Shown: positions 47,176 through 58,147 of the stretch, one piece after another
How the letters are laid out: every line of letters starts with the position of its first letter
Numbering within the stretch: position 1 is the first letter of the stretch
Assembly (NCBI GenBank): GCA_965112735.1
Contig: OZ218954.1
Span: forward strand, 2,666,001-2,730,000
Source of the DNA: Phaeosaccion multiseriatum
Lineage: Eukaryota > Protista > Ochrophyta, other classes
Direction of reading: 5' to 3'
DNA: 64,000 nt
Translations under genes and position numbers: made by a program
The notes under the pieces: generated by a model
Database searches by the model: none
The model's input: the letters and a program-made list of their open reading frames with translations, nothing else
What the model was told of the DNA's origin: nothing

Positions 47176-47305
47176 CCCTACGGCGGGCCCTTGATCTGAT
47201 AGCCCTACGGCGGGCCCTTGATCTGATAGCCCTACGGCGGGCCCTTGATCTGATAGCCCTACGGCGGGCCCTTGATCTGATAGCCCTACGGCGGGCCCTT
47301 GATCT
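47171..47305. repeat. Five perfect tandem 27-bp repeats GATAGCCCTACGGCGGGCCCTTGATCT
   Basis: Direct reading; the first unit overlaps the permease stop codon; no spacers. Confidence 0.95.
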
Positions 47306-48304
47306 GACGCGGAAAGACCGCAGAGCACCCTTTACGGGGGGGGAGAAGGGGACAAGCGTCGCTCCGCCTCCCTCGGCGGCGAAGAAGCGAGGCAAAGGCA
47401 CTCAGCTGCACTTCGCCGCTGCACTGCCCGCGCCTCTCCCGTCCTCTCTCTGCGCCACCACTTCTGAAGGCAGGGGAGGGGCGGGTTGTATCGTTACAAC
47501 AGAGGGAGGACGAGAGGCGGCGGGCTCTAGCCGCGCTTCCTCAGTGTTCTGCGCAGCCTGCTGGCGTGGTCCCGAACGGAGACAGGGAGGATGGCAACAA
47601 TGGACACCACATAGACTTGCAGTAGATGGCAGTTCATGGCCTCATGACATGATAGTGCTCCCAGGCCATCGCCCACCGGGGTGAAATGGCGCCACGAGGG
47701 GACGACTTGTCAACCGACACTGCAGCACATGGAGTGGAGAAGAGTTTCCGACAAGACATGTGGCGCTTTCGCATTCGGATGGGGTACCAAGGGAAGAGTG
47801 GGAGGAAGATGGCAGGAAGGGAAGCGCCGCCGAATATTGACCTGCCTGGCATGGCACAGTTTGATGGGCGGGGCAAAGTCGGGAGGGAGGGAGCAGATGC
47901 GAGCGGCGAGCGGCTGGCAGACGGACAAGGGACTGAAGAGGTGCAGCACGGCATCAGACAAGAGGGGCACACTTCGCTGTGTGCCGTCCCTACGAAGCAC
48001 TGGTGTGCACAACACAGAGGGAGGGAGGAAGCACTCCGCCGAGCTGCCCTCCTGAGCGTGCAGCGGACATGACAACAGCAGGATAAACAACAGGACCACA
48101 ACAGGACAACAACAGCACCAGAGGGACCTCTTGTCTCAACACAAGGCACACATGTGCATTCCTGCTCAGTCTCCGGCCTTAGTTCTATCCTCCTCAGTCT
48201 CCAGATATAAGCCCCATAGGAAGAACGTTTCAGTTTATGTGACTTTATCATTATCGACCCCTTTTTTCGAAATCGAAGCTTCTGTGCTTCTTCCTCCAGA
48301 ACAG

Positions 48305-48338
48305 CAAGGGTACTTAAAAGTTACTTTAAGTACCCTTG
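48305..48338. other. Perfect 14-bp stem hairpin in intergenic DNA
   Basis: CAAGGGTACTTAAA-agttac-TTTAAGTACCCTTG. Confidence 0.85.
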
Positions 48339-48615
48339 GGAACAGCGTCTGAAGATTACACTGTCTCTGGCCACACATCTCTTCCACGTCTTCGGTGCTC
48401 CCCTCTGTCCTGCTGGTGCGTCCACTGCCATCTCTCCACGCCATATGATCACTGGTAGTCGCATCGGTCCCATCCCGGCTACGTGTCCCGCCTTCTTAAG
48501 ACCGAGCATAGCGACTAGTTTTCTATTTCTATTGGTCGGGGATGAAGTACATCTGAAACTGACACTGAAACGCCATGGCTCCGTACAGTATTAAGAGGAG
48601 GAGCCGCCCCCCGCC

Positions 48616-49335
48616 CTACCCGCCTGCTTCTGCTCCTTCTTCTGCCTCTTTCAACGCCTCCCCAAAGGCCTTCTCCCTCCAGCGCACCAAGCCGCCTGCG
48701 CCCCCCTCCCCGCCCTCCCCCGCCCCCGACGGCCCCAAAAAGCCATCCGCCTTGAAGGCGCTGAAGGGCTGTTGGTCCAGAAGGGCTCTAGCGTCGCTCA
48801 CGTCCCCAGTGATGGTCTGTACAAGCTCTGGGAAGGAGGCGAACTTGCGCTCCCTTCGCTGGAAGCCCACGAGCACGAGGCGAAGCGTCTGTCCGTAGAA
48901 GTCTTCCCCACTGTAGTCAATCACGTGCGCCTCTACAATCTTCTCGGGGTTCTCCTGTGCTCCACACAGACAAGGGGACAAGAGGAAGGAGAGGATAAGA
49001 GCAGCAGCGGCAGCGATTCGGCAGGGCAGCGGGCCATGGCAAATAGGCAAAAGGGCGGTGTGGCTCATGAAAGGGGGGCAGAGCAGCGGGTTTGGCGCTC
49101 CTCTCTTGCTCTCTTTCATCGCGACCTTCTCCCTCGCCGAAGGCAAACAGTCTGAAAGGCCAGCAACACCATCACCCCCAAGTCCTTCAGGCACACGAAC
49201 CTTTCCTTCGAAGGACGGCGAGTACCCCACGTTAGCGATGACCTTTTGCGGTTCCTGGGCTTCTCCTTCTGCCCCCTCCACCAAACCCCACCCAAAGTAC
49301 ACCCCTATTGGCGAATACGAGGGGAGGAAGGGAAG

Positions 49336-49381
<46 letters not shown>

Positions 49382-51394
49382 AAAGGGGAAAGAACTCTGT
49401 TAGCGTTTGAGTTTGGAGTGCGAAGGAGACGAGGCGAGAAGCGTTTTGAAGGTCACTGGAAGGGCCTTTGATTTCTACAGAGAGAGAGAGTAGGCCTCAA
49501 CGCACATACATACATACATACATACGTAATACATACATACATACATACATACATACATACATTCATTCATTCATACTGCACGCTTGGACAGACAGGCGCC
49601 ACTGAAACATCCAAGCCCTTCCCAGCCCCACAGCTTATGCTGCTGCACTGCAGTCACTGCGTCGCACTCACCCGTGGGCATGTTCTCCAGCGCGTCGTTG
49701 AAGAGACTCTCCGGTAGATTGGCCGTGGGCACGCCGATCTTCTTGCTCCCCCTGCCATAGCCCTGCGACACCTCGCCCCTGAGATACACGCACTTGGCCA
49801 GCTTGTTGAAGTGCATGCGGGTGAGGGTGGCGAGGTAGAAGTCAGGCTCGTCGCTCAGCTCAGAGAGAGTCAGGGGAAGGAACTGCGGACGGGGGGAAGG
49901 GTGGGGGGGGGGGGGGGGCATTGATTAGGGCAGGGCCAGGGGTAGGTATATGGGTATAGGTCTAGATAGGTGCGGATGATTTTCAGAGGTTGAAGGGATG
50001 GAATACGGAGCGCGGAAACTCCAGAAGAAGGAAGGCCAAGGCTTACGTAAGTATACCCCTTCCAGGACACAAAAACACAAGAGAGAGGCTTTTAGCTTTG
50101 TACGCCTCCATGTATACCCCCGTCGTACCTCGGTCATCTTTTTCAGCTGTTCTCCCGAGGGAAGAGGGTGTGGTACGACGGAGGGGTCTCGTTGGCCGAG
50201 CATTTTGACAAAGTCTGCCCCGAGGGGGTGCGAGATGACTGCTGTTCCGCCCACCTTGAGCACGTCGGCGGCGTGTGCCAGCTGCTGCCGCTGATCGAAC
50301 ACGTTCCCAAACACAGCGTTGAAGATGACGCTGTCTGCCAGTACCCTGCGAGAGAAGCGCCACAACGGCCCCGTGGAGGACGAGGGATAGGCACGGCCCC
50401 AAAGGAGGAGGGTGTCAATATGTGGCTTTCGGCCGGGAAGCGCAGGGTACATTGGTGACCCGCTTGTACGAGCGTAACACGGCCAAGCCATTCACCCTGT
50501 TCCCCTTTGTCATCCCCCCCTCCCCCCCCCCCCCCCAGCGCGCCCCCACAACAGCACCGGCTACCCCTTCCCTCCTCCACGCACCCTGGAGGCGGCGTCC
50601 AATCCACAAAGTCTGAGCGCACGGCCGTCGCTTCGGAGTGTCGTTCCTCGAAGATTTCAAGCATCGTCGCCGACAAATCAATACCCGTCACATTCTGAGG
50701 TGCCACCTTTCGCCGCTCCTCCAGAAAGGGCAAGAGCACTCCTGTCCCCGTCCCCACATCGACGACGGTACCTCCTTCCGGCGCTTGAGTGGCATCAACA
50801 ATGGCCTCGAGTTTTGAAGTCACGTCCTCGGGATGCTCCAGAAGGCGTCTGACATTGACATGTGGTATGGAGGAGCGGTCATGGGGGAGGTGATCCCACA
50901 AGGCATGGGGAGGGAGGAGGAAGGGACGCTTTCACACAGGGGCAGGCAGGCGGAGGAGGAGGGAGAGAGCACAAGCATGCAAAGACAAGATGCTTTCCTG
51001 ATGGACTTACTCGACTTGCTCCCATTTCTCGAAGATCTCCTGTTGGCGCGTGTTGTGTGAATCCCTGTCAAGCACACGGGAGCGCCAGCACGAGGCAAGA
51101 GCAACGCATTGGACACATTGACATGCACAAAGAGAGAGTGGAAGAAGCAGCAGCCCACCTTTCGCTCGACGGCACCCCATCTGCACTCCAGCCTGTTGAC
51201 GGCCTCTCCCTGAGCCTGGACTTGTTGGCTCGGCCTTTGCCGCCGCTGCTGTTGTGCTGCCTGGTGCAGCTGTAAGGCGCAGCCCTCCTCGTGGTCGGGC
51301 AGAGCGGCGTTAGGAAGGACTTTGCTCGTGGTGCCAAGAGACAAAGTAACAAGACTCTGGACGGATGCACACGGCATCTTTGCCCCACCCTCAT
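48616..51394 (-). CDS. Class I SAM-methyltransferase - riboflavin kinase fusion protein with probable plastid presequence, multi-exon
   Basis: VLLLCLLAPRAKSF presequence; VVDVGTGTG, GIDLSATML, DSVIFNAVFGN, LKVGGTAVISHP; then GEVSQGYGRGSKKIGVPTANL, GVYFGW, NVGYSPSF, EAHVIDYSGEDFYG. Confidence 0.88.
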
Positions 51395-51709
51395 GCTTTT
51401 GCTTTTGCTTTGTTTCTTCTTTGCTTCTTGTATCATTTTTGATCCATTTTTCATTTTTCACGAATTGTGTCCAAGTTCCACGCGTGTTGGTGCTCCAGAA
51501 CCTGCTTTGGCAACAGCGCGGAGGAGGACTCCGCTGAAACAATCGGGCCAAAGAAAGCAGACAAGGAGTGCCGCAGAAGAGTGAAGCAATAGCAGCATCA
51601 GCATTAGTATCAGTAGCAGGAGCAGCAGCAGCGGCAGAGGGGCTGAAAGGGAAAGTGCCAAGTCGTTCGAAGTCCTTTGGGAGGGGGCACGACATTGAGT
51701 ACGACGGAG

Positions 51710-53574
51710 ATGAATCGTCGGCCGCCTCTCGATTCCAAGTCGCGTGAAGTGAAGGTAGTCCTTTTAGGAGATACAGGTGCGTGGCGTGCATGTGTGCAGT
51801 GGCAGAGACGGGTTCTGTATCGGACAGCGCGCGCCCGGCAGATCAGTCAACGGAGCGAGCTTTCCGATGGCGGGATTCTGTGAGACCGGCGCTAACGGCT
51901 TTGGAATCAATCTACTACAGGAAGGGGTGGGATGACGTGACCAGTGTGTCGGACTATGGAGAGGAAGGGAAGGGAGGGCTTGAGGAGCAGAAGGAAGGAG
52001 GGAGAAACGTTTTTGATCCTTGAGCTTTTCTCGGGTGTTCATCCTCGCTTTCCCTCTTGCCACCTACCTTGCCCACCCGTCTATGTCTCTCGCTCTCACT
52101 CACTCCTGCACTGGTACCTCCCTCCGACCGAAAACAACACAACGAGCAGGTGTAGGCAAGTCCTCGCTGGTGTTGCGCTTCGTGACCAACAACTTTAAGC
52201 CCTACAGCGAGAGCACCATCGGGGCCTCCTTCATGAGCAAGATGATCATGCTGGACAACGTTCCTATCAAGTTCCAGATCTGGGATACGGCGGGGCAGGA
52301 GAAGTACCATAGGTGCGGTGTCTGGGGCGGGGAAAGAAGGGTGGAGTGGCCCTGGCCCTGCAGCTTCAAACGGCCTCTGCCTCGGAGGGGCAGACTGATT
52401 GGGGGGGGAGAGGCAGGAATGAGAACGACCAGAGGAAAGAGGACGTTATCATCGACGCGGTGCCCCTCCTACGATCTGCCATGTCTCCCTCCCACCTCCC
52501 CTCCCTCATTCCTGCCCCACATTCTAAGTCCCTCTTTTCCCCTGCCGGCACTTGCTCCATCCCTCCCTCGTGCCTCTCCCCACCATCTTATACCAGTCTG
52601 GCACCAATGTACTACAGAGGAGCGGGAGCGGCCATCCTTGTGTACGATATCACCAACAAGCAGTCCTTCAAGACACTGAAGGACTGGGTCAGCGAGCTGC
52701 AGACCCAAGGGCCCCAGGTTTGTGGTGTACTGTACTCGGAATGGGGGGAGGGAGGGAGGAAGGGGCGCTTTTCTTCCCCTTAGCGCACAGTTACAATTAG
52801 GGGGGGGGGGGGGGAGAATGTCCTGTCCCGCAAAGTGCGCAAAGTGGACATGCTTGACATCGACACGAAGGGCGAACTGTACTCTACTGTACAGTACCGT
52901 CTGTGCCTTGCCAGAACGAGGGGGAAAGAGAGAGCTTCCAGCCTGAGAGCCGGCTGAGTGGCAAACGCACTTTCACTGGGGAAAGTAGAAGAGCGGCCCT
53001 GACTTGATTTTAGCATAACAACTCTCTCACTCACTCACTCACGCACTCCCTCTCACTCTCTCTACCGCCTGTCTGCCCCCTGCCCGCCCCCTACCGACTG
53101 TTGCACTGCACTGACTGCAGGACATAATCATCGCCATCGCAGGCAACAAGGGTGACTTGGAGGCGGACAGGGAGGTGGATGCCTCTTCGGCCGAGGCCTA
53201 CGCGCAAGAGATCGGAGCCATGTTCTTCGAAACAAGCGCCAAGGACGACACCAACGTCTACGACATCTTCGTCGACATTAGGTGTGTGTGTGTGTGTGTG
53301 TGTGAGTGTGAGTTTTGTCCAGGGAGCACGTCCCCTCCCGGCTGGTGTGTGCTTCCTATACGTGGTACCTCCTGCCCCTCATGTCACGTTCGTCTCTCAC
53401 GCATTACTTTTGCTCTTCCTTTACTGTGGCCCCTCTTCGCTTCCGGTCGCCTCTGCTCCTCTCCCCCCCCCCCCTCCCCGCAGCAAGCGGTTACCCGCCC
53501 CCTCTGCAGACCGGGCCCACGCCCCCGACACCATTGCCCTTGGCGGCAGCAGCCCAAACACGACGTGCTGTTGA
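51710..53574 (+). CDS. Rab GTPase of the Rab5/Rab22 group, multi-exon
   Basis: LLGDT|[24 protein letters not shown]|[21 protein letters not shown]-terminal CC prenylation motif. Confidence 0.95.
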
Positions 53575-53764
53575 ACACCGTCCTTGGCCTTTCATTCTTC
53601 AAACAAAACGCCACCATGTTAATAATACACCCCTTTTTCTTTTTCGGAGGCAGGCAACACGTCTCTGATCCCACTAAGACAAGTCTTAAAAGGCACCCAC
53701 ACAGCACAACCCACCTCTTCCTTCCTTGCCCTCTCCCCTCTGCCCTCTGCCCCCATCTATGTAT

Positions 53765-55420
53765 CTATCCTTTGAGCGGCTTCAGTCCGAGCTTGGCCCT
53801 CTCGAGGTTCCAGAACTCGACAGTGCCTTCCTTGACCTTGGCGTCTTCCCCCTCTGCTTTGCTGCCAGTGCTCTTGTTGCTCTTGTCCGACTTGAACAGC
53901 CGACTGTATCTCTTTTCCGCCTTCCTCTTCTTCTTTTCTCGCTGCTTCTCGTCTGCATCAGCCCCCCCGCCACCCCCGCCGCCCACCTCTCCCTCCTCTT
54001 CCTCTTGGTCCGCCTCCTCTGCAGCAGCAGGCGAGCCTCGTCCGCTGTCCTCGCCCTTCTTGCCGCCGTCATCTCTGCGATACCTGCTTCCCCGTGCTTC
54101 GTCTCTTCTCTCATCTCTGTCGCGCCCTCGCCTCCTGTCCCTCTCTCTGCTCCTGCGGTGCCCTCCTCTCCCTCTACTGCGGCTGCGGCTGCGGCTGCGG
54201 CTGCTACCGCTGCTACTGCGGCTCCGACTTCTGCTGTCCGCCCGGCCGCTCCGCCTTCTTTGGTCTCTGCCCCGGCCTCGGCCGTGGCTCCGACTGCGGC
54301 GCCTGTCCCTCCTCCCGCTGTCTCGTTCTCTCCCTTCGTCGCGTCGACGGCGCTCATTCCTGCTTCTGCTCCTACTCCTGCTCCTGCTGCTACTGCTCTC
54401 GCTGTAGCTCCTGCTCCTTCTTCTCCCCCCCCTACTCCGACTGTCACTACGCCCTCTCCCTCCCCTTCCACGACGCCTGTCGTAAGACCTGTCATCTCTC
54501 TCGCGACTCACGCGGTGCCTCTTGCTTCTGTCTCTATCCCTGTCTCCATCTCGACGTGGACTCTCTTCCCGCCGCCTCCTCCTATCTCTGCTGTCACCCC
54601 TCTCCCTCGATCGCTTGCTCTCTCTTTCTCTTGTACCATTTCTATCACTGGAATCACCTCCCCGCTGCCGTTTCCGCACCTCCTCACCCGCCTTCTTCGC
54701 GTTACTCTCCTCGTGATCCTCCACTTCCATCCTGTCCTCTGCTCGTTCCCGCTTCTGCTGCTGCTGCTTAGCCTCTCCTCCTCCTCCCCCCCCCTCCGCC
54801 CCCTCCTCCTCCTGCTGCAGCGACCCTTCCTGCTCAGCCAGGAGGGCCTCCGCCTCCCAGTCTCCCTCGAGTCCAGTCTGATAGGGCTTCTTCAGCAGTC
54901 GCACATCCTCCAGCGCCTGGCGGGCAGGGAGACGTGGAAGTGCAATATCGCAAAAGTACTCTGCGTGCAGCAGCTCGTCTACGATCTGATCAATAGTGGT
55001 CAGCTGCCACCCGCCAACATTCCTCAGGCGAGCCTTGCGAAGGTCGCAGTACAGCGGCTCGAGATAGTGGTAAATGTCCTTGGGCCGACCCACCAAGCGC
55101 AGGTAAAAGCAGCCCAACAACCTCACATACTTGTACTCTTCGTTCTTTATGAACTCGAGCACAATCTCCTTCTCCGGTTGCAGCTGCAGCATCTTCAGCA
55201 GCAGGCAAAGGAACTTGGTCGGCTTGTTGTTCCCTCCGTAGGTGCCGCCAATGTACTGAATGTCCAGCGCACGATCCACCAGCGTCTCAACCGTCAGCCC
55301 GAAGCACTTCTCCTTCCAGTACATGTGGTTGTAGATTTTCGTTCTCGTGATCTTCTCCACCAGCATCTGGGGATCGGTGCCGTGCACTGAGGCCGCCAAA
55401 GGGTCCGTCTGGTTGGCCAT
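53765..55420 (-). CDS. PRP38: Pre-mRNA splicing factor PRP38 with RS/RD-rich tail, intronless
   Basis: MANQTDP.A.SVHGTDPQ.LVEKI.R.KIY..YWKE.CFGL, KPTKFLCLLLKMLQLQP, KYVRLLG.FY.R; C-terminal N.ERAKLGLKPL. Confidence 0.95.
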   Translation of the reverse strand: MANQTDPLAASVHGTDPQMLVEKITRTKIYNHMYWKEKCFGLTVETLVDRALDIQYIGGTYGGNNKPTKFLCLLLKMLQLQPEKEIVLEFIKNEEYKYVRLLGCFYLRLVGRPKDIYHYLEPLYCDLRKARLRNVGGWQLTTIDQIVDELLHAEYFCDIALPRLPARQALEDVRLLKKPYQTGLEGDWEAEALLAEQEGSLQQEEEGAEGGGGGGEAKQQQQKRERAEDRMEVEDHEESNAKKAGEEVRKRQRGGDSSDRNGTRERESKRSRERGDSRDRRRRREESPRRDGDRDRDRSKRHRVSRERDDRSYDRRRGRGGRGRSDSRSRGGRRRSRSYSESSSSRSRSRSRSRNERRRRDEGRERDSGRRDRRRSRSHGRGRGRDQRRRSGRADSRSRSRSSSGSSRSRSRSRSRGRGGHRRSRERDRRRGRDRDERRDEARGSRYRRDDGGKKGEDSGRGSPAAAEEADQEEEEGEVGGGGGGGADADEKQREKKKRKAEKRYSRLFKSDKSNKSTGSKAEGEDAKVKEGTVEFWNLERAKLGLKPLKG

Positions 55421-55686
55421 GGTGCCCGCCAATGCTCAAAATCGGCTCAGGTGCGCTCCTCCTTCCGCCGCCGCCCTATCTTTTCGTTCTTCTTACTCGT
55501 TTTTTTCCTTATGGGCGCCTCTGCACAGGCAGCGCCCGGAGATCTCTGAATATGAAGGCTGAGCGCAGTTGACCAGAACCGGACTTCATTTCATTAACAT
55601 AGAGGCGGCCCCCCGGGGTTTGGTGGTTCTCCACACGACCGACGACAGAGCAGAGTGGGAGTAATTAAGAGAAAGATTGAACCAAC

Positions 55687-56760
55687 ATGGGTGGCGAGGT
55701 AAGTGGAGCGTCCGGGATGCAGATGGGTGCAGTGGGAACTTCCATTCATGAGTGAAGGGGGAAGTGCTTTACTGTTGACGCAAGAGAGCTTTGTCCCAAC
55801 ACCTTCTCTTCTTTTCCTCTCCCTCTCCCCTTTTCACTCACGGCTTTTCCATCCCTGCTCTGGCCACAGCATTCAACGCCATACCAATGGGTGCGGGAGC
55901 AGACGGGGGCCTATGATGTGACGAAGGGCTTTTCCAGAAGAGTCCCATGGAACAAGAAGGAGGGGCAGGACTACATGAAGGATGGAGACGTGCTGACGGA
56001 GAAAGAGTTCAACGAACGCACACAAGAGCAGACCACGCAAGCCAGGGAGCTTAAAAAGTACGACGCCGATGGGCGCTTAGACCGCTCAGACTACCAGGCT
56101 CCCGCTTGGTTCTTATGGAGGCAATATGTGAGTGCCTTGGACGCCGACCTACCTCGATCGCTCCATACCCCTTGTGTGTGGAGTGCATCTGCACGAGCAG
56201 CCGCCCTCTCATTCTACCTCTGCTTGAGTTGCACCTTATGGGGCTGAAGAGATGAGGGAAGGAGAATGAAAGAGAAGGCGGAAAGCAGCACTCCTAACCT
56301 ACCACACTTCCTTTCCTCCTCTCTGCGTGCGTTACTTTCACTGCAGCCCAAATCGGAGCCCGACCCGGCTACCCGTTTCCGCAACCCCGACCCGGCAGAG
56401 AGGTTAGTACATGGGCGGCGGTGTTTGGTGCCGCACTACAGGGATAGAGGCCGACTCACAGTGTTTAGGAGAGAAGAGGACGTTAAGAGCGAGCATCACC
56501 ATTCTCTTCCCCATCGTTCGTCATCGGAATCTCTTCTCCCTCTCTCCCTCCTCCACGCCCTCCCTCCCTCCCTCTCTTTCTCTCTCTCCTCCCTTCTCTC
56601 TCTTCCAAAACATCTCATCCCCCTCCCCATCCCTGCTGCTGCTGCTGCTGCTGTCTTCTAAACATCCACGAGTAGGAGGTGCAGCACATATGCCATGAAG
56701 CTCCTGGCTGGCCGTGTGGCGGACTTTGGTCTAGAGATGGGTCCTGGGCCGGACAATTAA
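55687..56760 (+). CDS. Small hypothetical protein (about 135 aa), 4 predicted exons
   Basis: ATG GGT GGC GAG|GTAAG; exons 55870-56127, 56347-56402 and 56676-56760 join in frame with canonical splice sites; no recognised domain. Confidence 0.55.
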
Positions 56761-57097
56761 GGCACTGTAGAATGTATATATATACACACAACAACGGAGG
56801 ATGCACGAGAGCCTCACCTTTGCTGTGTAAGCGTAGCGGACAAGTGAGTTGCAAAGCCGGAGCTGCAAGCAGCAACAACCCTTCTACATTCAGGACTGCA
56901 CCCCACTGCTGGCGAGACTGACGTGGTGAAGGAGGAAGGAAGGAAGAAGCTATATTTAGGACAAACAAGGTTGTTACAAAAACTAATCAATTGTGTATTG
57001 AGATGATGAAAGATTTAGAGATGAGAGAAGAGATGTGTACATGACATGCATCGCGTCGCATCCCGACCCGTGGATACTTCATATACATATAGCACCC

Positions 57098-58054
57098 TCA
57101 GGCCGCAGCGAGCTGCACCCCACAGGGTTCTCCGTCCCTCCCCGCCACGAGCTCCAAGCTGTCAAAGACCTTCTGACTGAAGTCCACGCGTGCCTCCAGG
57201 TCCACTCGCGAGAGGGTCGGTACCCTCAGCACCAGAGGGACAGGCTTGCTTACAGCAGCAGCAGCAGCCGGAGCAGCAGCCCCCCCCCCGCCCCCTTCCT
57301 GATCGCTGACGGGCGGAGAAGAGGCGTCGTCCTCCGCGCACGCACCCACCTCGAATCCCCCCTCTGAAGAAGCCGAAGCGTCTGCGCCTACGCGAACAGT
57401 GCCCGTAACCGCCGCCAGCCCCGCGCTGGGTGAGTCGAACGTCAACACCAGCTTGACCCAGCGGGCCCCGAGCGCCACCGGCGGCTCTGCTTCGCTCGAA
57501 GTGCCCCCCCCGGTAGCTCTCGCCGCCGCGTCGACGAGGTGAAGTTGGTTGGGAATGACTGCCATCTCGAGAGTCGCAGCCACACTCTTGCTGTCCAGGG
57601 GCCTGGCCGCGGCGGCGAATGCGACCGAACCAGCGGTGCCACTACCCTCCATGGAGGATTGCCCATTTGGCCGGGCTCCTGCTCTCTTACCCAAGTTGTT
57701 CCTCACAAGCAGCCCTTCCCCTTTGATGCCGATTGTCTTCGAGTCGATCAGACTGCGCCTGCCGTGCTCTTGCTCTTGGGCGCAAGCTGGAGAGTCCGCA
57801 TTCGCATCAAACACGACCTTCACCTCGCCATCCACCATCACCACCCGAGCGCAGTGAATGAGTTGGCGCGACAGCGTGAGCAGAGGCTCTGCTTCTGTGA
57901 TGCTCGAGCTGCGCGTGGCTTCGGCTTGGGAGGAGGAGGAGGAGGAGGAGGCGAGGGTGATGTTCTCGCCTTGCTTTGCTCTCTTGAGCACCTGCTCTTG
58001 CATGAGGTACACGCCACTGGCCAGAAACGCCTCCACCAGCTCCTCGATCGATTT

Positions 58055-58147
<93 letters not shown>

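Noticed and set aside
47171-47305. CRISPR array
   Set aside because: Units are contiguous with no spacers, there are no cas genes, and the context is eukaryotic.
53157-55390. Plus-strand 416-aa and 554-aa ORFs
   Set aside because: Antisense shadows of the PRP38 RS-rich region plus Rab intron read-through.
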